A stretch of 63,975 nucleotides of DNA, filler included, from Octopus bimaculoides (lineage: Eukaryota), in the NCBI RefSeq assembly GCF_001194135.2. It is 6 parts of 5 records of this genome, joined end to end, with 100 filler letters (N's around TTAATTAATTAA, not from the genome) between each part and the next. Parts side by side here need not be neighbours in the genome. Positions count along the whole stretch, not along the records: positions 10,425 to 39,140 come from NC_068987.1; 5 more parts are not named here. The stretch is one strand, 5' to 3'. Below are positions 24,317-35,883 of the stretch, in pieces. The translations under genes were made by a program, and so were the position numbers. The stretch's first letter is position 1; each line of letters starts with the position of its first letter. The notes below the pieces were generated by a model. The model had not been told where the DNA came from. It was given only the letters and a program-made list of their open reading frames with translations, and did not search any database.

Positions 24317-25299
24317 GGTTAAAACAACTAATTATTATAAAACAATAGCAAAAATGTCCAGAGAAAAACACAACAGGAATGCTGTCACAANNNNNNNNNN
24401 NNNNNNNNNNNNNNNNNNNNNNNNNNNNNNNNNNNNNNNNNNNNNNNNNNNNNNNNNNNNNNNNNNNNNNNNNNNNNNNNNNNNNNNNNNNNNNNNNNNN
24501 NNNNNNNNNNNNNNNNNNNNNNNNNNNNNNNNNNNNNNNNNNNNNNNNNNNNNNNNNNNNNNNNNNNNNNNNNNNNNNNNNNNNNNNNNNNNNNNNNNNN
24601 NNNNNNNNNNNNNNNNNNNNNNNNNNNNNNNNNNNNNNNNNNNNNNNNNNNNNNNNNNNNNNNNNNNNNNNNNNNNNNNNNNNNNNNNNNNNNNNNNNNN
24701 NNNNNNNNNNNNNNNNNNNNNNNNNNNNNNNNNNNNNNNNNNNNNNNNNNNNNNNNNNNNNNNNNNNNNNNNNNNNNNNNNNNNNNNNNNNNNNNNNNNN
24801 NNNNNNNNNNNNNNNNNNNNNNNNATATATATATAATGCGTGTGTGCTGGTTCGTTTATGGTCCCGTAACTTAGCGGCTTGGCAAAAAGTAACCAATAGA
24901 ATAACTACCAAGCTTTAAGAAAGTAAGTACTTGAGTCAATTTGTTCGACTAGACTCTTAATGACGGTGCCCCAGCATGGTCATAATCTAATAACTGAAAC
25001 AAGTAGAAGATAAAAGGTAAAAGTAACAATACATCGAATTTCTCTACCCATTTTAGAAGCTTTATTCCTATGAGCTACAATTGTATGCTATTGACGTCAT
25101 GAGAATTTAGAAACTTCGAGAGAACGTGAAATAACTTATTTAGGGACAGTGACACTCTAAGCATATAAAGCTATAAATAATATCATGTACATATTTAAGC
25201 CAATATTCATATCTCGAAGCTTCTAAATTCTTATGATATCCACAGCACACACGCGTGTATATGTGTTGACAAGAAGAAATGTCCATTCACACACATTTT

Positions 25300-25640
25300 T
25301 TCCTTTTATCGTTTTTCTTCTTTCAGTCATCAGATAGCGGCCATGCTGGGGCACCGCCTTGAATTCTTAGTCGAATGGATCAACACCAGTACTTATCGGT
25401 CTCTTTTACCGAACGTAAACATACCAACATCGGTTCTCAAGAGGTGGTGGGGAACAAACACAGATATACATATACGACCGGTTTCTTCCCGTCTACCAAA
25501 TCCACTCACAAGGCTTTGGTCGGTCCGAGGCTATAGCAGAAGACACTTGCCCATAGTGCCACACAGTGGGACTGAACCCTGAACCATGTGACTGGGAAGA
25601 AAGCTTCTTACCACACAGCCACGCCTGCACCTATGAACAC
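25300..25640 (-). mobile_element. SINE family B
   Basis: Head ggctgtgtggtaagaagc...ggttcagtcccac on the minus strand, with the family body. Confidence 0.85.
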
Positions 25641-25763
25641 GAAAACAAAAAATAATCTACATATACGTACGCGCATCCAAGATATTTTAAACCCTATTTA
25701 TATTCGATTATTTCTTTTGGTTATCACACTTACTTTTTCTACTTTATTCATAAAGTTCCAACT

Positions 25764-26144
25764 GTTGGCATTCCGTCGCTTACGACGTCGAGGGTTCCAG
25801 TTGATCCGATCAACGGAACAGCCTGCTCGTGAAATTAACGTGCAAGTGGCTGAGCACTCCACAGACACGTGTACCCTTAACGTAGTTCTCGGGGATATTC
25901 AGCGTGACACAGTGTGACAAGGTTGGCCCTTTGAATTACAGGCACAACAGAAACAGGAAGTAAGAGTGAGAGAAAGTTGTGGTGAAAGAGTACAGCAGGG
26001 TTCGCCACCATCCCCTGCCGGAGCCTCGTGGAGCCTTAGGTGTTTTCGCTCAATAAACACTCACAACGCCCGGTCTGGGAATCGAAACCGCGATCCTACG
26101 ACCGCGAGTCCGCTGCCCTAACCACTTTGCCATTGCGCCTCCAC
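25764..26144 (-). mobile_element. Full-length SINE A2 with 18-bp TSD
   Basis: TSD attcataaagttccaact at 25746-25763 and 26145-26162. Intact B box ggtttcgattccc. Confidence 0.93.
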
Positions 26145-26960
26145 ATTCATAAAGTTCCAACTAGCAGCATCATTACTAACTACAGGTGAGTGGGTAGGGG
26201 TTGCAGAAGTAGCAACAATCGATGCTCCAGTATGATCACTGCCCTCGGTCAGGTATTAGCAAAGAGGAATACACACACACACACACACACAATATACACA
26301 CAGTACCCACGCAATATACCTACACAATAAACAATACACACACAACACATACATATATACACATATACAAACGTGTACGTCTAGACAGAGACATAAATAC
26401 ATACGCAAACACACACACACACACACATGCACAATCACACACACACACGCACACATACACCCATATACATAGAAAATTCATCTGCCCATTCATCCATCCA
26501 TAAATACATACATACAGCAGACAGACAGACACATAACAAATCAGTTAGGATGAGAAATACGACTGTTGACTAGAAATGCAAATTCAGAACAATGGGATGG
26601 TAAAATACGTGTACGACAACTATAATATCTTCATTATTTCCATAATATGAATATAGACATTGAAGAATCCTTTCCAATCTTCTTTTAATTTGGTTAATTA
26701 GATCGAGCATTTGTTTTTTTCTTTTTCTAAGCATCTCATTAATGATGCAGAATTATGTGCGATGACTGTGCCCGTTACCGACCCATTTATTCAAAGGTAA
26801 TATTGCTTGACAAGAAAAAAAAAAAAAAAAGGTGGTTGCTTTCTAAAGCAACTATATTCCTTATAGTAAAAAGTCTTTTGAGAATCGCACCTGAATTTTT
26901 GTGACCATTTATGTATCAAGAAATCCATCGCCTCCAGTCTTAATTCACATAAGATATTTG

Positions 26961-27546
26961 GGATCTTTTTTAAAACGGGGGCCACATTTTTCATTAACGA
27001 AACACTTTGAAACTTGGAACACTGGTAGAATGTGTCATATAAAACATCTTTTTCTCTTAGTCTTCTTTAAAAAAAAAGAAATCCATAAGTTATTCCATGT
27101 TAAAGTTGTCGTATTTCTGTAATTTCAACCAATCACTGACGTCCATTCAGCCGATATACATTAAGTGCCGGCTACATAAACAAACGATTCTGAAACAATT
27201 AACCCTAACCCTAACCCTAACCCTACGGTTAGGGTTAGGGTTAGGGTTAGGGTTAAAGCAAATTTAAAATGAAAAAAGCAAATAAAACGAAGGTATGGAG
27301 ATTAAATACGCTTTACATCGCTTAATCAGCCAAAGGAGTAAATATAAACAACTGAATACTTGTCAGTGATTGGTTGAAATTATCGAAATAAGACAATTTT
27401 TTACATGAAATAAATTCGAATACAAAAATATTTTTCTGTTCTATAACACAAAATAGATAAGTATACGAAGTTTGAAAGTCTTTCCGTACCAAAAACACTA
27501 CGTAAGACATTAATGAAAAATGTGGCCCCCGTTTTAAAATAGATCC
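26961..27546. mobile_element. Merlin-like telomeric MITE copy 3 (complete)
   Basis: TIRs ggatctttttaaaacgggggccaca / tgtggcccccgttttaaaatagatcc. Perfect 8-bp TSD gatatttg at 26953-26960 and 27547-27554. Telomeric palindrome at 27199-27256. Confidence 0.9.
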
Positions 27547-27647
27547 GATATTTGTGTAGAAGTTGGTCACATCAAAACTACTTACATTCGTTTTTATATT
27601 TACAGCTTAAAGGTAGACCTAATAATTTCCTATATTAGAAGAGAAAG

Positions 27648-28016
27648 GACGCGCAATGGCCCAGTGGTTAGAGCAGCGGACTCACGGTCATAGGATCTCG
27701 GTTGTGAGTGTTTATTGAGCGAAAACACCTAAAGCTCCACGAGGTTCCGGCAGGGGATGGTGGCGAACCCTGCTGTACTCTTTCACCACAACTTTCTCTA
27801 ACTCTTACTTCCTGTTTCTGTTGTGCCTGTAATTCAAAGGGCCAGCCTTGTCACACTCTGTGTCACGCTGAATCTCCCCCAAGAACTACGTTAAGGGTAC
27901 ACGTGTCTGTGGAGTGCTCAGCCACTTGCACGTTAATTTCACGAGCAGGCTGTTCCGTTGATCGGATCAACTGGAACCCTCGATGTCGTAAGCGACGGAG
28001 TGCCAACAACAACGAA
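27648..28016 (+). mobile_element. SINE A2 with B-box deletion and 12-bp TSD
   Basis: TSD tagaagagaaag at 27636-27647 and 28017-28028, with a (CAA)n tail. Confidence 0.9.
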
Positions 28017-28805
28017 TAGAAGAGAAAGATCTGTATATGTGATGCCTTTTGAACTATGTTGAGGTAATGTGTTCTTCAGGAAATATAATCCTATCAGTCA
28101 TCCTCATTGTTCTTTGATGATGATGAGGAGGAGGATGTTGATGTTTTCTCATATTCAAATAACGATTTCTAATTGTTTCTGATTTCGGCACAAGACCAGC
28201 AATTCTAAAGAGAGGGGCTAATCGATATCAATGACCCCACTACTTGACTAGTTCTTTCTCTAATGTGATGAAAGGCAAAGTTGACCTCAGCGGGATTTGA
28301 ACTCTGCATGTAAAGTGCGGGAACAAATGCTGCGGGGCATTTTACTGATGTTCTAACGATTCTCCTAATTCACATGCACATGGCCAGAAAGTACTGCAGG
28401 AACAGTTGATTGTGTCGATATGGCTTTGAACCACATCGGGCAATCTCGGTATGGTTTTTGAACTCAGACCGTAAAGGGGCATAACTAAATGCCGCAAGGC
28501 AGCACGCTTTGAGAGAAGATTCCAAAATATGACAATGTAAGGGAAATAACTGTGCAAGGGAGATAACTATACTAACTACATCTGCTAGGGGAAAGAACTC
28601 TTTATTTAAGTTTTAAAGCAAATTAAAATTTATTATGTAATGGTTTATTGATTTTTTACAGTTAATTATAGTAATTATCATCTGATCATTTTTAAATCAC
28701 TTTTTTTTCTGGCCAAAATATTTAATAAATCGATTTTCTTTTATTCTATGTCGTTAAACAACCATATTAGATAGCTTTCATCTTCTTTTTACACGTTGTC
28801 TAGCT

Positions 28806-29060
28806 CAGTGTCTCTCAACAATTTTTTACCTATGGGCCTCTTAATTCCCATTTTACTTGGTCGGGCCATCCGAGTCATTCGAAGTCTTAAAAATTCCATT
28901 GCATTTTAATAATTAAATATAATTTGCAATTGTATAAAAATGATTATTAAAATACTTTGTGCATTGCAGAAGCATAAACCAAATTACTGCAGATAAGCTT
29001 TAACAACAAAATCTTATGTGAACCCTAACGGGCCTTATGGACCCCGGTTGAAAACCACTG
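28806..29060. mobile_element. hAT-Buster MITE (255 bp)
   Basis: Ends cagtgtctctcaac / ggttgaaaaccactg. TSD gtctagct / gtctagtt (7 of 8 match, central TA). Confidence 0.8.
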
Positions 29061-31443
29061 GTCTAGTTTGTTTCCTATTCTTATTCATGGATATATATTC
29101 CCATATTATTGTTTCTACATTCGTATATATTACAAATGCTGTTCAAAATAACTTGCAGTATTTGCTCCACATTTCTCCTTCTGATTGCGAATCTCACTGC
29201 GCTCAACTTTGCCTTTACTTCTTCCGCGGTCTAATATAATATAACTGTACGCAGTTAAATACTGCATGTAGTTATAATCGACCAAATCTTCTCCCTAAAA
29301 TTTCAAGCCTTGTGCTTTTGCTATAAACAACTATCTTTTGAAAAATTTAATGAAACAATTAATAATTCTGAATGAGTTATATACTTTAATGTGTGTACGA
29401 CACATGTATATTAGTGTGTAACCATATATGTCTGTGGTGGGGAGTGACTTAAATTCTTTGGATTTTCCTGCATTTTCAGATAGTGATCTACTGCAAAATG
29501 AACTTGTACATAAATGCCGAAAAGTTCGGATTTTTAAGAAAATTCTTTCTTTTTTTACTAAATTAAAATTGTTTGAACAGGGCAGTCTTAAATGGTTAAA
29601 ACAACTTTCCATTCACCGTAAGAAAAGGAAGAAATATATCGTTTTTTTTTTTTATCAAAACTTATATTAGTTTAAAATTAAATCAAAATTTATTGTTAAT
29701 GAAAAAAATATGCAACATTCAAATTGAAGATCTTTTTCTTTTTTTTAAGATTTCGATTCAAAATTTTTTCAGTTATAAGTAGATTTTAACCTTTAAAAAG
29801 AATTATTGTTTACACATTTTGACACTTAATTCAAATGTTAAACAAATTGTACTGATGCCATCAGGAATTTCTTACTCTTTAATTGTTCGCACTAAGTGGA
29901 AATAGCAGTGACTATGTAAACATAGACATGTTTTAAACAAATCTTTTCTACTTAAATATAAATTCCGAAGAGCCATCATTCATGTCTTGCCCCAGTCACT
30001 GCCTTGTGTCTATGAATCATAGATAATCGATACCAGTTGTGCTCATAATGTACATCAATGCTGAGTTCTGTCTTTGTAAAAGTAAAGACACTCAGTTTTC
30101 GATAGCAGAGTCTATTTGGCTGTAAATAAGTACCATATAGAAGTGAAAGTAGATTAATGAAGTAAATCAATCATACTAAGTGGGTGACCAGCTGCAATGG
30201 CTACAAAAAGCGAGAGGTAATAAGCTACGAAATTCTTATATTCACTCGATTTCCTGTAATTCAGACCGCCTCATAGTCCTAGCAGACAAAATTGAAAAGG
30301 CGTTGCCCCGTATTGTTATTGTTGTTATTATTGCTTAACGCCAAGTCATTGCTGGTCTATGATCAGAATCTTTTCAGTTTCAACCAACTTAACTTATTTT
30401 ATACCGACTACTACATTATTCATTGCCTTTTTTAAGACGGTATATCACGATTTAAGAGAGATTCGGTTGCTACTTTTAACACGACAAGCGACCATGCAAA
30501 AGCTCCCTAGTTGTTAGAAGTTATGCCGTATAATTAACGAGCGCTTCAGTAGTTTTCAGTGGTGTTTCAAATCCTATAATAACTAGTTTGTTGATGAATT
30601 AGGTTCTGGCGTGTTGAGATGTCTCTGGTTGCATTACATGACGCCTACGTATTCAAATGGTATCTTGACTTCCCAACAATGTGGTGGACAACCGCCCAAA
30701 AGCTAGAGATCCTAGCTATTTATTCTGTAAAACACATTATATAACGTGTCTAATATAATGTATCGCTGTAAGCGCTGATAACAGATTGGGATTGATGAAT
30801 CATGTCATTACTTGTAATGCAATTTGTCGTACATACGGTAAATGCTACATAAGATAAACAAACCTACATCCTTTTTTGTGGGAGATTTAGTTCCTCTTGA
30901 CATTGTATAAAACTGATTAGATCATTTGGAAAAGATAGAGAAATGAAGGTCATTGTAATAAGTAAGAGAGCATACAGGGTTTACATCAACAAATTCCACA
31001 AATAGTGTAAAACAGCCTATGGTGTTTAAAGCAATAGCAAAAATCAACATGTTTGATGTGACATGACGTGCCATATAAATGTTTAGGAAAGTGGGTTATA
31101 CATCATTAGATGTACACCTGACTTTCCTATATTAAATTAGAACGGAACGCAGAACTCCAAACTGATCAACAACAACAATATTTATTTATGGTGGAAAATA
31201 TACAGCTTCCAATTGTCCGGTTTCTGAGTAGCCTGAATGTAGATGTACTGTCCCTAGAGATGAATCGTTGGAGAGACAACTTGCTTCTTCCACACTCAAT
31301 GAGAGAGCTTGTTTTAGACCGTCTTGCTTGTTCGCTGTCTGGCGTGGTAAGAGATGATGGAGAGACAGCTAGACACATCCTTGCTCAATCGCTGGCCAGC
31401 AAGAAAGAGCGATCAAAGCGGGAAAGCTTGGATGTTTAATTCC

Positions 31444-31470
31444 ACGCATGCGTGAGACTACGCATGCGCA
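31444..31470. promoter_or_regulatory. Tandem NRF1-like GCGCATGCG motifs
   Basis: acgcatgcgt and cgcatgcgca lie 17 bp apart in otherwise CpG-poor DNA. Confidence 0.35.
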
Positions 31471-32331
31471 CAGCGTTACTACAAATGCATCGTTTGTGTT
31501 ATTCATTAGACTAGGCCCTTGCTTTAATACAGAGGGAGATCAGAAATAATCAAAATTATCGAACTTTTACGGAAAGAGAAATGAGATGTTACCTAGTCAA
31601 AACGGTAAAAGAAAGAAAGAAAGAAACCCTCGACTAATCAATCACAAGGGTTTCGAAATCAGGTACAAGACCAGTAATTTTGAGAGGAGGGGCTTAGTTG
31701 ATACCATCGACCCCAGTTTTTGACTGGTATTGTATTTTATCGACCCCGAGATATGAAAGGTAAAGTTGAACACGGCAGGATTCAAAATAAAAACGAAAAG
31801 AGTAAAGACAAATACCGAAGCTCTTTATCGATTCTGCCAACTCGTCACCGTAATCAACAGCAACAACAAGAATAACCACCACAAAAGTAGAAGAGTTAGC
31901 ATAAGCGGTGCTAGTCAACGACCTCCGTCACTTTTGTGACCTCTGTTAATTTTGCCTTTAGGTTCTAATTGCTAATAAGCTGCTCTTTTAATTTGTTGTT
32001 TGCACTTTTACCGTTTTGAAAATCAGCACAGGATTTCAACGGTTTTTCTTATAAGATTGACAAAGGAAGTTGAGTTTAACCGTAGGCGTTAAGAGCAGCT
32101 AATGAAAATTAAGGTGATCTGCACCCAAATTCGAAATCGAGATACGGCTGTGTATGCTAGGAGAATACCCACCTTTGTCAATCATTAAGTATGGTGCTTT
32201 AGCGGATTTAGAGTTAATTTAACTCTTATTTTAGCATAAGCGGCGCTGTCACTTTTGTGACCTCTATCAATTTGTCATTTAGGTTCTAATTGCTAATAAG
32301 TGACCCTTTTAATTTGTTTTATATATACAAC

Positions 32332-33252
32332 ATTCCGTTTGAGTTTTTCACATACGGAGGTCCTGAGCTGGGAAATCATCTGATGCTCCTTATCCTCAAG
32401 ATTTAGGAAAGCGAGACTCCCCCGAACAACTTCCTCGATGCAATTATCACCATCTACAAGAAGGGAGACCGAGAGGATTGCAACAATTATCGAGGCATCT
32501 CATTCCTGAGTATTCCACAACTCCAGTGTGGGCTCTCGAGGCACAATCGACATGATCTCTTGTACTCGTCAACTCCAGCAGAAGTGTCAGGAACAGCAAC
32601 AGCCTGCAATGTTCATCTTCTCGGATCTAAAGAAAGCCTTTGACAAGGACCCCCGTCCTGCAATGTGGGCCATCCTTGCCCAGTTTGAATGTCTGGAGGA
32701 TTTCATTGCCCTGGTCTGCTCCCTTCACGACAGCATGGTGGATAGGATATGCCATCAAAATGTCCTCACAGACCCGTTTCTTATCACTAGGGGTCTTAAA
32801 CAAGGATGCATCCTGGCACCAATCTGTTTCTCTTTGTACATGGCCGCCATGTTCAACGAAATCCCACTAGGCTCGCCTTCCATCAACATGCGCTATCGCT
32901 TGGAAGGCAGACTCCTCAATCTCGCACGCCTCTGTGCAAAGATGAGGACCTCCGCAATCTCAGTCCGTGAGATGCAGTATGCCGACGACAATGCCACTCC
33001 GAGCCGGACCGCATTTGGCCTACAAAGAGCAGCCGATCTTTACAACGCGGCTTACGAACGCTTCGGGATGAAGGTAAACACATTAAAGACCAAGATACTG
33101 ATCCAACCTGCACCAGGCCAGAACAGTCCACCCACAAACATTAGCATCAACGGCAAACCCCTAGAAGAAGTTGAACACTTCATATACCTTGGAAGTATCC
33201 TTTCGAAGACCCCCACGTGTAAAAAGGACGTGGAGAACTGGATTGGGGCGGT

Positions 33253-33255
<3 letters not shown>
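32332..33255 (+). pseudogene. RTE-clade LINE reverse transcriptase fragment
   Basis: IITIYKKGDREDCNNYRGIS, RGTIDMI, FSDLKKAFD, GLKQGCILAP, MQYADD, FGMKVNTLKTK and FIYLGS motifs. It has a stop, an internal deletion and a frameshift. Confidence 0.95.
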
Positions 33256-33301
<46 letters not shown>

Positions 33302-34330
33302 TATATGTATAATATTTTGGACTGATAGGTATAAGTCGATTAGGATGTTTAAGTGTTAAATAGAGCATTTGAACAGTATAGGCTACATGTTGTCATTCGG
33401 AGACGTGATATATATCCTTTGGATCTATCTACTTCAGGAACTCTGCAGTATCAGTTGGGGTAATTATGTTAATTGAGTAACTAGAAGAGTGATTTGGTAT
33501 TTAACTTTATTCTGTACAACCTCCGTTTCGACCCATCCTGCTATTGTTCTTGTGTTGGACTCTGTTCAACATGTTGTGTTGCATCCATTTTGCAGTCTAG
33601 ATCTCATCAGGTACATCCACAGATAAAGTTGTGCCTCACTAAAATTCTTGAGTGTCGGCTGCCATGTTTTTATATGCCCGTCTAATTAGGGAATGAATAA
33701 AATGCAAGCGGACGCTGTACTGAATGAAGATTAATACCAAATCCATCTTACTGTGGACAAGGCTGCGTGGCGTTCGATTATAAATAAATAAAAAGTACGC
33801 ATTGTGTACAGGACATCACCAACGAGTGAAAAATACATAGACACACGAGAGAAAAGTACAGGACAAAATACCAAAAGAAGGCAATTCCCCATCAGTTGTC
33901 GGACTGTTTATTACTCCCTATTTCATGCCTTTAACGACAAGATAGGAAAACTTCATAAGACAGCAGCATCCAGAAATTTTAAAAATATAAAATTCATGGA
34001 GAGTTAGGGCATCGAACGAACAAACAACGACAGAGTGGACGTTCAGAGTAAACAATCGACGAAGACAAACATTAAGAGATACTGGGCCAAGACGAATTGT
34101 AATGTGTAACACCTGGGAGAAATTTTTTCATGGAAATAGAATAATTAGAAGAGAAGAAAATAGCAGAAGAAAAATATCGGGAGCCGAGAGAAATGACATC
34201 CAGCCCGATGAACGTCTAGTTCAGAAAAGGCAGGGGCAAGAGAACTGGCCTGTAGTCACGTGTGAGTAACAGAGGCAGAGGAGAAAGAGGACAAGATAGA
34301 GGATGAAGGAAAGAAACAAAAGGAGTGAGG

Positions 34331-34369
<39 letters not shown>

Positions 34370-34447
34370 CACACACACACACACATACATATTAAAGAGA
34401 TTTGTTGTGTAAGGCTAGAACAATGCGTGAAGACAAAATAAACAGAA

Positions 34448-34677
34448 GGAAAAGAATACAAAACAAAGTTACAGTTTTACCTTATATTTCTATATTTCTA
34501 CTAGCGCTTCCTCAGGACATTTGAAAAAAAATCTACGCATGTCACCTTTCTCACCACCACATCTGAGCAACAACTTTCTCCAACTACCAATTTTTTCAAA
34601 TGTCCTGAAGAAGGAGTCCTTACCCCGAAATATAGAAATACGAGGTAAAACTGCAACTTTGTTTAGTTTTCTTTTCC
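34448..34677. repeat. Imperfect inverted repeat (arms about 85 bp, loop about 59 bp)
   Basis: 34448-34530 matches the reverse complement of 34590-34677, except for one divergent central patch. Confidence 0.85.
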
Positions 34678-34867
34678 TTTTGTAGTTTACTTATACCTTC
34701 TCGCATTTTTCTAGCCTTACGCAACAAGATCTCTTTAAAATTATATTATACAATGCTTCTCCAAAACGTCAATCATTACAACGGTCCAACCCATTATGCA
34801 TCCGTCTTTCTCGGATGAGATACTGTATAACTAATTGTGGTGCATCATTCGGTGCATCTCCAAGTTT

Positions 34868-34967
34868 ACAAACGCCGAGGCATAACAAGTATCTCAAGTC
34901 ATATACATTATTTTAGATATTCTTAAATTAGAATGACTTGAGATGCTTGTTATGCCTCGGCGTTTGT
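34868..34967. repeat. 100-bp hairpin: 35-bp arms, 30-nt loop
   Basis: acaaacgccgaggcataacaagtatctcaagtcat / atgacttgagatgcttgttatgcctcggcgtttgt, with one mismatch (a G-U pair in RNA). Confidence 0.92.
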
Positions 34968-35122
34968 TGTCCTCTTTCACAAATATGTACCAGCTAAATC
35001 GGAAATCTAAAATGGAACCATAGCTCTCGTCTCAGTTACGAGCTTGGAATCCTGATAATCCGTTACAGCACTTACCCAGCGTATCTATTCGTTTAGATCA
35101 CCAGTGAACTAAACCACCATAT

Positions 35123-35156
<34 letters not shown>

Positions 35157-35176
35157 TGTGTGTGTATCATAAATAT

Positions 35177-35344
35177 AGGCGTAGGAGTGGTTGTGTGGTA
35201 AGTAGTAAGGAGCTTGCTTACCAACCACATGTTTTCGGGTTCAATCCCACTGCGTAGCACCTTGGGCAAGTGTCTTCTACTATAACCTCGGGCCGACCAC
35301 AGTCTTATGAGTGGATTTGGTAGACGGAAACTGAAAGAAGCTCG

Positions 35345-35379
<35 letters not shown>

Positions 35380-35522
35380 CGTGCGTGTATGTATGCGTTT
35401 GTGTGTCTGTGTTTGTCCCCCCACCATCGCTTGACAACCGATGTTGGTTTGTTTACGTCCCGTTACATAGCGGTTTGGCAAAAGAGACCGATAGAATAAG
35501 TACTACTCTTACAAAGAATAAA
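35177..35522 (+). mobile_element. SINE family B (3'-truncated)
   Basis: A box tggttgtgtgg, B box ggttcaatccc, accttgggcaagtgtcttct and an internal (GT)n. Confidence 0.88.
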
Positions 35523-35539
35523 ACGTAGTTCGTTCGTGT

Positions 35540-35883
35540 TGAGTAGCTGTATAAGGTCCGTGATTTATTCTGTTTTCGAGTTTCCCATGAAGTAAGATCT
35601 CTAAGTTTATTCTGGACCGGGTCTCTCTGCTGCTTCGTTTGACCTCTAGGAGTGACTCCAGGTCCTCTAATAGCACTGAGACCCCAAAATACCAGATGAT
35701 CGCGCCAGGCGGAATACTCGATATCCTTAACTTGGCAGTTCTTCTCGAGAGATACATCAGATACAGGACACACTCCTCGCTCCAACGAAGAGGACCTTGA
35801 TGCTGGCACTTTTGAAGAGGATCTCGATGCTGGAAAACTGCCTTTTTCTTTGCATGTGGGCCAATCTTCAGAACCTTCTCCAC
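35540..35883 (-). mobile_element. Possible degenerate non-LTR retrotransposon coding relic
   Basis: GC-richer segment. The minus-strand translation IPPGAIIWYFGV...RINLEILLHGKLENRIN only loosely resembles an RT thumb region. Confidence 0.25.

Noticed and set aside
21551-28016. Recurrent near-identical sequences as a CRISPR-like array
   Set aside because: They are dispersed SINEs with TSDs, not regularly spaced repeat-spacer units.
33800-34130. AFNDKIGK, similar to the LINE endonuclease GDFNAKIG motif
   Set aside because: A single weak motif in heavily decayed sequence is insufficient for a call.
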